Translations under genes and position numbers: made by a program
The notes under the pieces: generated by a model
Told to the model about the DNA's origin: nothing
What the model saw: the letters and a program-made list of their open reading frames with translations, nothing else
Database searches by the model: none
Source: Oscillospiraceae bacterium
GTDB lineage: Bacteria; Bacillota; Clostridia; Oscillospirales; Ruminococcaceae
Assembly (NCBI GenBank): GCA_017848115.1
Contig: JAGAKZ010000002.1
Coordinates: 50,128-114,127, forward strand
Direction of reading: 5' to 3'
DNA length: 64,000 nt
In this document: one piece after another, positions 23,517 through 32,457 of the stretch
Position numbering within the stretch: position 1 is the first letter of the stretch
How the letters are laid out: every line of letters starts with the position of its first letter

Positions 23517-25898
23517 ATGGATAATTATTTTAAAACACTGGAATTACATAAAATACTTGAGATGCTTGCAAATGAAACTTCAAACGAAGCATCAAGAAAA
23601 ATGGCACTTGAGATCTCACCTATGACAGACTGCGAAGAAGTGCGTCGTGAGATAGACAAAGTATCGCAGGCCTTTGAACTTTCAGTAAGATTCGGAACGC
23701 CTCCGTTTATGAGCTTTAAAGATATAAACGGTCATCTGAGACGCGCAAAGTCAGGCGGACGTCTTTCGCTTAAAGATCTTCTTGAGATACTCGGAATGCT
23801 AAAACAGACAAAAGCCTTGTATGACTGGTACAGACATTGTGAAGAAGTCGAAACAGATCTTGATTATCTTTTTTCAATGCTCATACCAAATGATATGCTT
23901 CTTACAAGACTTGAAACATCTATTTTATCTGAAAATGAGTTATCAGACGGTGCAAGTGCCGAACTTTCATCTATAAGAAAGAAAATAGCACAGACAGGCG
24001 CAAAACTTCGCTCTACACTTGATAAAATGATAAAATCATCTTCCATGCAAAAATGCCTTCAGGAAGCAGTTGTTACAATGCGTGACGGACGTTTCGTATT
24101 GCCTGTAAAGTCTGAATACAAAGGTGCTGTCCCCGGTCTTGTACATGACACATCTGCTACAGGTCAGACGTTTTTTATTGAACCTATGTCTGTCGTTGAT
24201 TGCAATAATGATATAAAGATACTCGAAAGTCAGGAGCAGGAAGAAGTTGAAAGAATAATAAAAAGTCTTACTGCCGAATGTGCTCTCTATGCAGACAGTA
24301 TAGCTGAAAACTGGCGTGTATGTACTATTCTTAATCTTTACTTTGCAAAATCAGGTCTTGCAGTAAAAATGAAAGCAACTGTACCTGTAGTAAGTGATGA
24401 CGGAGTAATTGAACTAAAAAAAGCAAGACACCCTCTTATTGATCCTGCAAAGGTAGTGCCGATCGATATTTCAATAGGTGAGGAATACAGCGCTCTTATC
24501 ATCACCGGTCCAAATACAGGCGGTAAAACGGTATCACTTAAAACTACAGGACTTCTGACGCTTATGACTATGTGCGGACTTCTTATTCCTGCAGCAGACG
24601 GAAGCAGAGTATCTGTTTTTGAAAATATACTTGTTGATATAGGCGACAATCAGAGTATTGAACAGAACCTTTCAACTTTTTCATCACATATAAATCAGGT
24701 CATAAATATAATTGAAAAATCAAATGACCGTTCTCTTGTACTTCTTGATGAACTTGGTTCGGGAACCGATCCTGTTGAAGGTGCGGCACTTGCTGTTTCT
24801 GTTATAGAACGACTCAAGATAAACGGCGCAAAACTTATGGTTACAACACATTATCAGGAACTAAAAGTTTATGCGATAGAAACTGAAGATACACAAAATG
24901 CTTCATGTGAATTTGATGTATCTGCTATGACACCTACTTACAAGATCATATCCGGTTCACCGGGTAAGTCCAATGCTTTTGCTATATGTAAAAAACTTGG
25001 TATGCCTGAAGATGTAATTGACGAGGCTAAAAGACTTGTAAGTGCTGAAAATATGCAGCTTGAAAATGTTATAGAAAAGCTTGAAGAAGCACGAAAAGAA
25101 CTCGAAAGACAAAATCGTGAAGTTGAGCGTTTAAGACTTCAGGCAAAGGAAAATGCACTGAAACTTCAGAAAGAACTTGATGAACTCGAAAATCTTAAAG
25201 CAAAGGAACTTGAAAAGGCAAGAAGTATTTCAATGAACATTATTGAAAATACCAAGATACAGTCCAATGAACTTCTTGATGAGCTTCAGTCCATAAAAAA
25301 ACAAAAAGATAAAGTCAAGTTCGGAAATATGGTTTCTGACGCAGAACGTCTGAGTAAAAAGAGTCTTAATGATATGTACGACAAAGCAAATCCTGTTGTT
25401 GAACGAAAGGATAAGTACAAGCCACCGAGACCGCTTAAAAAAGGCGATTATGTATTCATTCCTGCATCAAATCAGCACGGAACAGTTGTAACGGATCAGG
25501 ATTCAAAGGGGCTTGTTTTTGTTCAGGCAGGAATAATGAAAATGAAACTGAATGTTTCAGAATTAAGACTTGTTGAAAAAGATAAGACAAAGCAAAAAAA
25601 TAAAGGAAATGCCAAAGCTTCGATGAATCCAAAGAGAAATGTTGCTTCAAGACAGGTTCAGCAGGAGCTTGATATAAGAGGATATGCGTCCGATGAAGGC
25701 GTTATGGAAGTTGAGATGTTTATAAATCACGCAGTTATGACCGGTCTGACACTTGTAACGGTTATACACGGAAAGGGTACAGGTGTTCTCAGAAAAGCTG
25801 TTCACGCACGTCTGAAAACATTACCGGTTGTAAAAAGTTATCGTCTTGGCGTATATGGTGAAGGCGAAGATGGTGTAACTATTATAGAACTCAAATAA
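23517..25898 (+). CDS. mutS2: MutS2 (Smr-domain ATPase/endonuclease)
   Basis: ITGPNTGGKT, STFSSH, LLDELGSGTDP, C-terminal Smr IHGKGTG. Confidence 0.96.
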   Translation: MDNYFKTLELHKILEMLANETSNEASRKMALEISPMTDCEEVRREIDKVSQAFELSVRFGTPPFMSFKDINGHLRRAKSGGRLSLKDLLEILGMLKQTKALYDWYRHCEEVETDLDYLFSMLIPNDMLLTRLETSILSENELSDGASAELSSIRKKIAQTGAKLRSTLDKMIKSSSMQKCLQEAVVTMRDGRFVLPVKSEYKGAVPGLVHDTSATGQTFFIEPMSVVDCNNDIKILESQEQEEVERIIKSLTAECALYADSIAENWRVCTILNLYFAKSGLAVKMKATVPVVSDDGVIELKKARHPLIDPAKVVPIDISIGEEYSALIITGPNTGGKTVSLKTTGLLTLMTMCGLLIPAADGSRVSVFENILVDIGDNQSIEQNLSTFSSHINQVINIIEKSNDRSLVLLDELGSGTDPVEGAALAVSVIERLKINGAKLMVTTHYQELKVYAIETEDTQNASCEFDVSAMTPTYKIISGSPGKSNAFAICKKLGMPEDVIDEAKRLVSAENMQLENVIEKLEEARKELERQNREVERLRLQAKENALKLQKELDELENLKAKELEKARSISMNIIENTKIQSNELLDELQSIKKQKDKVKFGNMVSDAERLSKKSLNDMYDKANPVVERKDKYKPPRPLKKGDYVFIPASNQHGTVVTDQDSKGLVFVQAGIMKMKLNVSELRLVEKDKTKQKNKGNAKASMNPKRNVASRQVQQELDIRGYASDEGVMEVEMFINHAVMTGLTLVTVIHGKGTGVLRKAVHARLKTLPVVKSYRLGVYGEGEDGVTIIELK

Positions 25899-25924
25899 TT
25901 TTTTTAATATGAGAGGAAAAAACA

Positions 25925-26836
25925 ATGGTTGATATATGTCTGGCAGGTACAGGTGGCATGATGCCACTGAAAAACAGATGGCTTACCTGCTGTTATATGG
26001 AGTATAACGGAAAGGCGATTCTTATAGATTGCGGTGAGGGGACACAGATAGCGCTTACAGAAGCTGACTGTAAGCTGAGCAAACTTGAAACCTTACTTAT
26101 AACACATTTTCATGCAGACCATATTTCAGGACTGCCCGGATTGTTGTTGTCGCTTGGAAATTATTCTAAAAAAACTCCTTTGTACATTTATGGTCCAAAG
26201 GGGCTTGGAGAGGTAGTAAACAAACTTTGTTGCATATGCGGTAAGCTTCCGTATGAGTTGAAGATAACTGAACTTTATACAAATCAGCTTAATGAATTTA
26301 AAGTTCCGGAAATAGATAAGATGATAGATGTTAAAGCATTTCCATTAAAACATACTGTTCCGTGTCTTGGATATTCATTTGTATTTTCAAGAAAGCCTGT
26401 ATTCAATCCGCAAAAAGCTGAGGAACTTAAAATACCAAAGCAGATGTGGAGCATACTGCATAGCGGTAAATCTATTGAAATAGACGGCCAGGAGATTACT
26501 ACCGAAATGGTTACCGATGGTATCAGGAAGCCTGTAAAGGTTACATATGCTACTGATTCAAGACCGATATACGAAATTGCAGATGCTGCATTCCGTTCTG
26601 ATCTGTTTATCTGTGAAGGAATGTACGGTGATGATGAAAACGATCAGAGCATGAAAGAAAAAGGTCATATGCTTTTTTCTGATGCGATCCGCATAGCAAA
26701 AGACGCAGAAGTTGAAAGACTGTGGCTGACACATTACAGTCCTGCTATGGCGACACCTATGCAGTATGAAAAGGAAATAAAAAAGAAATTTCCCGGTGCC
26801 GTTATAAGCGTAGATGGACAGAAAATAAATTTATAA
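25925..26836 (+). CDS. rnz: ribonuclease Z
   Basis: GTGG..P, DCGEGTQ, THFHADH, LTHYS. Confidence 0.92.
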   Translation: MVDICLAGTGGMMPLKNRWLTCCYMEYNGKAILIDCGEGTQIALTEADCKLSKLETLLITHFHADHISGLPGLLLSLGNYSKKTPLYIYGPKGLGEVVNKLCCICGKLPYELKITELYTNQLNEFKVPEIDKMIDVKAFPLKHTVPCLGYSFVFSRKPVFNPQKAEELKIPKQMWSILHSGKSIEIDGQEITTEMVTDGIRKPVKVTYATDSRPIYEIADAAFRSDLFICEGMYGDDENDQSMKEKGHMLFSDAIRIAKDAEVERLWLTHYSPAMATPMQYEKEIKKKFPGAVISVDGQKINL

Positions 26837-26841
26837 AAAAC

Positions 26842-26867
26842 TGTAACACTTTTTTGAAATCTCCGTA
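26842..26867 (+). promoter_or_regulatory. putative ECF-sigma promoter
   Basis: TGTAAC-N16-CGTA, matching the SigW/SigX-type geometry; overlaps a TATAAT. Confidence 0.5.
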
Positions 26868-26952
26868 TAATGAAATATAAGGCAAACGCAATAAGGAATA
26901 AAAACCTTAAAGCAAATGTCTTAAATATAATTTATATCAGGAGTGTTTTACT

Positions 26953-27114
26953 ATGAATGGAAATTGTTGCTGGATTATAATTCTTGTTATTTTATTTATG
27001 TTCTGCGGTTGTGGCTGTGGTTGCGGTGGCAACACAATTTCAAACAATGGCTGTGGCTGTGGTGGCTGTGACAATGGTTGCGGCGGTGGCTGTGGATGCG
27101 GTTGTGGCTGCTGA
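26953..27114 (+). CDS. 53-aa Cys/Gly-rich hydrophobic small protein (absent from the ORF track)
   Basis: MNGNCCWIIILVILFMFCGCGCGCGGNTISNNGCGCGGCDNGCGGGCGCGCGC*; RBS AGGAG; varied synonymous Gly/Cys codons; own terminator. Confidence 0.8.
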   Translation: MNGNCCWIIILVILFMFCGCGCGCGGNTISNNGCGCGGCDNGCGGGCGCGCGC

Positions 27115-27129
27115 TAAGTAAGATAATAT

Positions 27130-27170
27130 AAAAAATCAGGGGAAGTCGTGAAGACTTCTCCTGATTTTTA
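27130..27170. terminator. bidirectional terminator
   Basis: AAAAATCAGGGGAAGTC...GACTTCTCCTGATTTTT. Confidence 0.8.
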
Positions 27171-27172
27171 TT

Positions 27173-29518
27173 TTAATGTGAATAACAATAATCACAGTTT
27201 GTAGATTTGTAATATCCGTACTTTGAACCCGGACAACCCGGATTTGCAAGCAATCCTGTAGAAGAACAGTATCTTGCATATATTACAGTGTCACATTCGG
27301 GGAACTGGTTGCCGGAAGCATGAGCATCTGCATATGTTCCGAAAACATTATACCATATACTTGCTGAGTCAGCACCTTCAATGGCTCTCCAGTCCCAGTT
27401 TTCACTTGTAGGATATCCGACCCATAGGGCAGATACATAGTCAGGTGTAAGTCCGACAAATGTAATGTCACGCCAGTTTTCAGTTGTACCGGTTTTCCCG
27501 GCAACTGTGGTATTTGAAAGCTGGGCTGACTGACCTGTTCCGTTTGTTATAACGTTCTGAAGTAGTTTATTCATGACATAAGCAGTTTCCTTACTTATAA
27601 CAGGTTCTCCTGTACGTTTTATATTATCTATTATAGTTGCACCTGTTTTCATATCAATAGCTTTTCCGATGATACTTGCTTCATAGAAAAGACCACCGTT
27701 TCCATATGGTATGTATGCATTTGCAAGGTCTATAAGAGTAGGACTCTGGTGGCATCCGCCTACACAAAGTGAGGAATAAGTAAGATCATTTTTTGGATCT
27801 AACGGTAAACCTAAATTTTGTACAGCGAAGTCATATATTGATTGAAGTCCGTATTTATGTGCAATCTGCGCTGGAAGTGTATTTATAGATTGTTGCAGAA
27901 AATAACTTACAGGGTAGTAGTTTTCTGTAGGTTTTCCGTCATAGTTGTTAGGCCATGCTGTATCTGCGGCAACACCCGGCGGAAGGGCTGTGTCATAAAA
28001 CATTGAAGACCATGTGATATAGTCATTTTCAAGAGCATATCCATATGTTGTTACAGGTTTGATAGTAGAGCCCGGTTGTCTGTTATTGCTATATTCATTT
28101 ATCCAGATAAGATTTCCGTCTTTAGCTCCTATATTACCGGCGATACCGAGAATATGACCTTCGTAGTCCATGACAGCCAGACCGGCTTGTATCATTTCGG
28201 GTTTACCTTTAGCGCTTATGGAAGTAGACTTGGGGAAATGTTCCCAGTCTGAAAAAGTATCTCTGAGATGATTTTCGATGTCGGTATCAGCAGTGATATA
28301 TAGTTTGTATCCGCCTTTATTAAACATAGCTACACCATCTTCGACATCATACGTTTCTTCAAGATAGTCGGCAAACTGGTAGATAGCAAGATCTACACAC
28401 CATGAGTTCTTTTGTGGATTTTTAAAATCGTCATCGTTTTCTGTTAGTTTTTTATGATCAGGAAATTTTTCTTCAAATCTGTAGTCAGTCGAAAGTAAGA
28501 TGTCTTCTTCTAATGCCTTTTGATATTCGTATGGTGAGATGACACCAAGTTCAAACATTTTTGTAATACAATAAGTTCTTCTTTCTTTATTTTTTTCAGG
28601 ATTTATTGTGGGATTTAAAGCATTAGGCGATTTTGGAAGAGCTGAAAGTGTTGCTGCTTCTGCAATGGTAAGTTCTGTGGCTGATTTCCCGAAATATCCT
28701 ATTGACGCAGCTTCGATACCATACATATTGTAAGAGTTAATTTGTCCGAAATATATTTCATTCAGATATGCTTCAAGTATTTCATCTTTAGTATATTTTT
28801 TTTCAAATTTCATAGCGGTAAAGATTTCTTTCATTTTTCGTTCCCATGTCTGTTCGTCTTCACCTGTAATGTTTTTGATGAGCTGCTGTGTGATTGTTGA
28901 ACCGCCGTAAATATCCTTCTCAACGCCCATCATTGTGACAGCAAGGTTAAGAATGGCACCTGCAGTACGTTTATAGTCAACACCTTCATGAGAATAGAAA
29001 CGTTCGTCTTCTGTACACACAAAAGCATATTTTACGTGATCAGGCAGATGTTCCATATCTACAGCGAGTTTTACATCGTGCGATTTTACTGCTGCTTTAT
29101 ATACCAGTTCATATTCATTGGTTTCCTTATTCATTTGGTATATGTACGATGCATAATTTTCACTGACAGGTTTAAGTTCAACAGTATGAGTTTTGTCCAT
29201 AAAACTTAAAACATATGTTGTTATAACAGTGCCAACGATTGTGCTTGTGAGTACAAATACAAGAAATATTGCAAATACACTTGTTATGGCAAGTGAAAAC
29301 GCTTTTTTAGACATATACAAGAGTATATATAAAAATCTGTGCGTTGCACTTGCAGGTGGTTTTCCAACGTAAAATTCCTTTTTACGTTTATCTCTGGTTT
29401 GTTTTGATTCGTTTTTGAAGTCTCTGGTTATTTCTTTAAATTGTTCTTCCGCTTCATTTTTGAGATACCATATTTTTTTCTTTGCAGTACTCATAAATTT
29501 TTCTTTGTCTTTCTTCAT
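27173..29518 (-). CDS. class A penicillin-binding protein (PBP1A-like), copy 1
   Basis: GT51 motifs EDERFYSHEG, GGSTITQQ, RKMKE; transpeptidase STIK, SIN, KTG. Confidence 0.92.
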   Translation of the reverse strand: MKKDKEKFMSTAKKKIWYLKNEAEEQFKEITRDFKNESKQTRDKRKKEFYVGKPPASATHRFLYILLYMSKKAFSLAITSVFAIFLVFVLTSTIVGTVITTYVLSFMDKTHTVELKPVSENYASYIYQMNKETNEYELVYKAAVKSHDVKLAVDMEHLPDHVKYAFVCTEDERFYSHEGVDYKRTAGAILNLAVTMMGVEKDIYGGSTITQQLIKNITGEDEQTWERKMKEIFTAMKFEKKYTKDEILEAYLNEIYFGQINSYNMYGIEAASIGYFGKSATELTIAEAATLSALPKSPNALNPTINPEKNKERRTYCITKMFELGVISPYEYQKALEEDILLSTDYRFEEKFPDHKKLTENDDDFKNPQKNSWCVDLAIYQFADYLEETYDVEDGVAMFNKGGYKLYITADTDIENHLRDTFSDWEHFPKSTSISAKGKPEMIQAGLAVMDYEGHILGIAGNIGAKDGNLIWINEYSNNRQPGSTIKPVTTYGYALENDYITWSSMFYDTALPPGVAADTAWPNNYDGKPTENYYPVSYFLQQSINTLPAQIAHKYGLQSIYDFAVQNLGLPLDPKNDLTYSSLCVGGCHQSPTLIDLANAYIPYGNGGLFYEASIIGKAIDMKTGATIIDNIKRTGEPVISKETAYVMNKLLQNVITNGTGQSAQLSNTTVAGKTGTTENWRDITFVGLTPDYVSALWVGYPTSENWDWRAIEGADSASIWYNVFGTYADAHASGNQFPECDTVIYARYCSSTGLLANPGCPGSKYGYYKSTNCDYCYSH

Positions 29519-29570
29519 TTTTTACTCCTCTCCGGATGGAAAGAAAATTAGTATTATCCATCCTATATTG

Positions 29571-29599
29571 ATTATAGCATAAAAATATATATTTGTTAA
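29571..29599 (-). promoter_or_regulatory. sigmaA promoter of PBP copy 1
   Basis: TTAACA-N17-TATAAT with TGn. Confidence 0.7.
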
Positions 29600-29650
29600 T
29601 ATAAAATCAAAAAAATATATTATTTTTCTTTACACAGATATCTGATAATA

Positions 29651-29684
29651 AAACAAGGAGAACCTGTAAGAGATCTCCTTGTTT
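29651..29684 (-). terminator. terminator of PBP copy 2
   Basis: AAACAAGGAGA...TCTCCTTGTTT stem. Confidence 0.65.
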
Positions 29685-29709
29685 ATCGTATTATTTTATT
29701 TTTTTATGT

Positions 29710-32280
29710 TTAATGTCTGTAGCAGTAAGGTGCGTTACTTGATTTGTAATAACCATACTGTCCTCCGGGACAACCTGGATTTGCAATACATCCTGTTGAT
29801 GAACAGTATCTTGCATATATTACAGAATCACATTCAGGGAATTGGTTTCCTGAAGCATTAGCGTTTGCAAATGTTCCGAAAACATTGTACCAGATTCGTG
29901 CTGAGTTTGCATTTTCGATAGCTCTCCAGTTCCAGTCCTGACTGTTTGGATAACCAACCCAGAGAGATGAAACATAGTCAGGCGTAAGTCCGACAAATGT
30001 GATATCACGCCAGTTTTCAGTTGTACCGGTCTTTCCGGCAACTGTCGTATTGTAGAGCTGTGCAGCTGTACCTGTACCATCTGTTATAACGTTCTGAAGA
30101 AGTTTGTTCATAACATATGCTGTTTCTTCACTGACTGCCGGTTCACCAACACGATTGAAATTATCAATAATTGTGGTTCCAGTTCTCATATCAACAGCTT
30201 TTCCGATAACGCTCGCTTTATAGAAAAGACCGCCATTTCCATAAGGAACATATGCATTTGCAAGTTCAATGAGGTTAGGACTTGTATGGCAACCGCCAAC
30301 GCAAAGTGAAGAATAAGTCAGATCTCCCTTTGGTGAAGGGTTGAGCGGCAATCCAAGATTTTGAGTAGCAAAGTCAAATACAGACTGAAGTCCGTAACTA
30401 TACGCTATCTGAGCAGGTAATGTATTTATGGATTGTTTCAGGAAATAGCTTACAGGGTAATAACCACCCGAAGGTTTTCCATCATAGTTGTTAGGCCATG
30501 CTGTATCGGACGCAACACCTGCCGGAAGAGCACTGTCATAGAACATAGAAGACCATGTGATATGGTCGTTTTCAAGAGCATATCCGTATGTTGTGATAGG
30601 CTTTATAGTTGAGCCAGGCTGTCTGTTGTTGTTGTATTCGTTTATCCAGCCGAGATTTCCTTTTTTATCACCTATTTTTCCGGCAACACCAAGTATGTGT
30701 CCCTGATAGTCAAGAACTGCCATACCCGCCTGAACCATTTCATATTCGCCGCCTGGAAGAGGGGAAGTAGCTTCAGGGAAGTATCTCCAGTCTGAGAATG
30801 TATCAAGAAGGTGATTCTGAACATCGGTGTCCATTGTGATATAAAGTTTATATCCACCGGTGTTGAACATATTTATACCCTCTTGCTGGCTTTCGAGTTC
30901 GTATGTTTCCTGAAGATAATCTGCAAACTGATATATAGCAAGATCGACACACCAGGAATTGATTTCAGGATTTTTGAATTCGTCCTCGTTTTCAGTAAGT
31001 TTCTTGTGGTTAGGGAATTTTTCTTTGAATCCTTCATCGGTTGAAAGCATGATGTTTTCATTTAACGAACACTGGTATTCATATGGTGAGATAACGCCAA
31101 GTTCGAACATTTTTGTAAGACAGTATGATCTTCTTTCAGCGTTTTTATCAGGATTTATCGTAGGGTTAAAAGCGTTTGGAGATTTAGGAATAGCTGCAAG
31201 CATAGCAGCTTCTGCAATTGTAAGTTCTGTTGCTGATTTTCCGAAGTAGCCTATAGATGCAGCTTCTATTCCGTACATGTTGTATGTGTCTATCTGTCCG
31301 AAATAAATTTCGTTTAAATATGCTTCAAGGATTTCGTCCTTTGTATATTTCTTTTCAAACTTCATGGCAGTAAAGATTTCTTTCATCTTTCGTTCCCATG
31401 TCTGTTCGTCCTCACCGGTAACGTTTTTAATGAGCTGTTGTGTGATTGTTGAACCGCCGTAAATATCCTGATCAACACCCATCATCGTGATAGCGAGGTT
31501 GAGAATAGCACCTGCAGTACGCTTGTAGTCAACACCCTCGTGAGAATAGAAACGTTCGTCTTCTATACACACAAAAGCATATTTTACATGGTCGGGAAGG
31601 TTCTTCATATCAACTGCCAGTCTGATATCATGTGATTGTATTGCCGCTTTATAAACCAGTTCATATTCCTGAGTTTCTTTGTTCATCTGATATATGTAAG
31701 AAGCGTAACTTTCCTGTATAGGGTTAAGTTCTATGGCTTGTGTAGTATCCATAAAACTTAAAATATATACTGTTATAACTGTCCCGACAATTGTTCCGGT
31801 CAGTATGAATACCAGAAATATTGCAAATATACTGGTTGCGGCAAGAGAAAGTACTTTTTTGAACATATACAAAAGTATGTACAAAAATCTGTGCATCATA
31901 CTTGCCGGAGGTTTTCCTCCGTAAAATTCTTTTTTTCGTTCATTTCTTGTATATTTTGATTCATCTCTGAAGTCTTTTGCTATTTCCTTAAATTGTTCTT
32001 TTGTTTCTTCTTTGAAGTATCTGAATCTTTTTTTCACAGCACCTACAAATCCGGATTCATCTTCATTTCCAATAGATTCCGGGACAGGAGAAATGTCTTT
32101 TTGAGGTTCAACTTTTTCCTCTGTCACGGGATGATTTTCCGAATCAGCTGTGATTTTGTCGTCATCATCAAATCCATACAGTTCTTCGGATTCACTTTTT
32201 GAATCGTCTTCGCCGAGAATCTCAGATATGATATCGTCAGTACTCTTTTTTTCATCATTGTTATTTGGCTTATCGCTCAT
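29710..32280 (-). CDS. class A penicillin-binding protein, copy 2 (acidic N-terminal extension)
   Basis: Same GT51 and SxxK/SxN/KTG motifs; close paralog of copy 1. Confidence 0.92.
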   Translation of the reverse strand: MSDKPNNNDEKKSTDDIISEILGEDDSKSESEELYGFDDDDKITADSENHPVTEEKVEPQKDISPVPESIGNEDESGFVGAVKKRFRYFKEETKEQFKEIAKDFRDESKYTRNERKKEFYGGKPPASMMHRFLYILLYMFKKVLSLAATSIFAIFLVFILTGTIVGTVITVYILSFMDTTQAIELNPIQESYASYIYQMNKETQEYELVYKAAIQSHDIRLAVDMKNLPDHVKYAFVCIEDERFYSHEGVDYKRTAGAILNLAITMMGVDQDIYGGSTITQQLIKNVTGEDEQTWERKMKEIFTAMKFEKKYTKDEILEAYLNEIYFGQIDTYNMYGIEAASIGYFGKSATELTIAEAAMLAAIPKSPNAFNPTINPDKNAERRSYCLTKMFELGVISPYEYQCSLNENIMLSTDEGFKEKFPNHKKLTENEDEFKNPEINSWCVDLAIYQFADYLQETYELESQQEGINMFNTGGYKLYITMDTDVQNHLLDTFSDWRYFPEATSPLPGGEYEMVQAGMAVLDYQGHILGVAGKIGDKKGNLGWINEYNNNRQPGSTIKPITTYGYALENDHITWSSMFYDSALPAGVASDTAWPNNYDGKPSGGYYPVSYFLKQSINTLPAQIAYSYGLQSVFDFATQNLGLPLNPSPKGDLTYSSLCVGGCHTSPNLIELANAYVPYGNGGLFYKASVIGKAVDMRTGTTIIDNFNRVGEPAVSEETAYVMNKLLQNVITDGTGTAAQLYNTTVAGKTGTTENWRDITFVGLTPDYVSSLWVGYPNSQDWNWRAIENANSARIWYNVFGTFANANASGNQFPECDSVIYARYCSSTGCIANPGCPGGQYGYYKSSNAPYCYRH

Positions 32281-32340
32281 TTTTTTACTCCTCTCCGGAT
32301 TGACAGACAGGGATTTGGTTGCATCTGTCCAATCTATATA

Positions 32341-32369
32341 ATTATAGCATATAATTATATTTTTGTTAA
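32341..32369 (-). promoter_or_regulatory. sigmaA promoter of PBP copy 2
   Basis: TTAACA-N17-TATAAT with TGn; same layout as copy 1. Confidence 0.7.
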
Positions 32370-32457
32370 TATGAAATTTTAAAATTAAAGATATTTTGTA
32401 ATAACCACTTTAAATATTCGATTTATAATTTGTAATTTGTTGAATGTGACATGGATG

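Noticed and set aside
26878-26923. c-di-GMP-I riboswitch (GGCAAAC start)
   Set aside because: Lacks the GAAA tetraloop, GACGCAAAG and the P3 arm; it is a simple hairpin.
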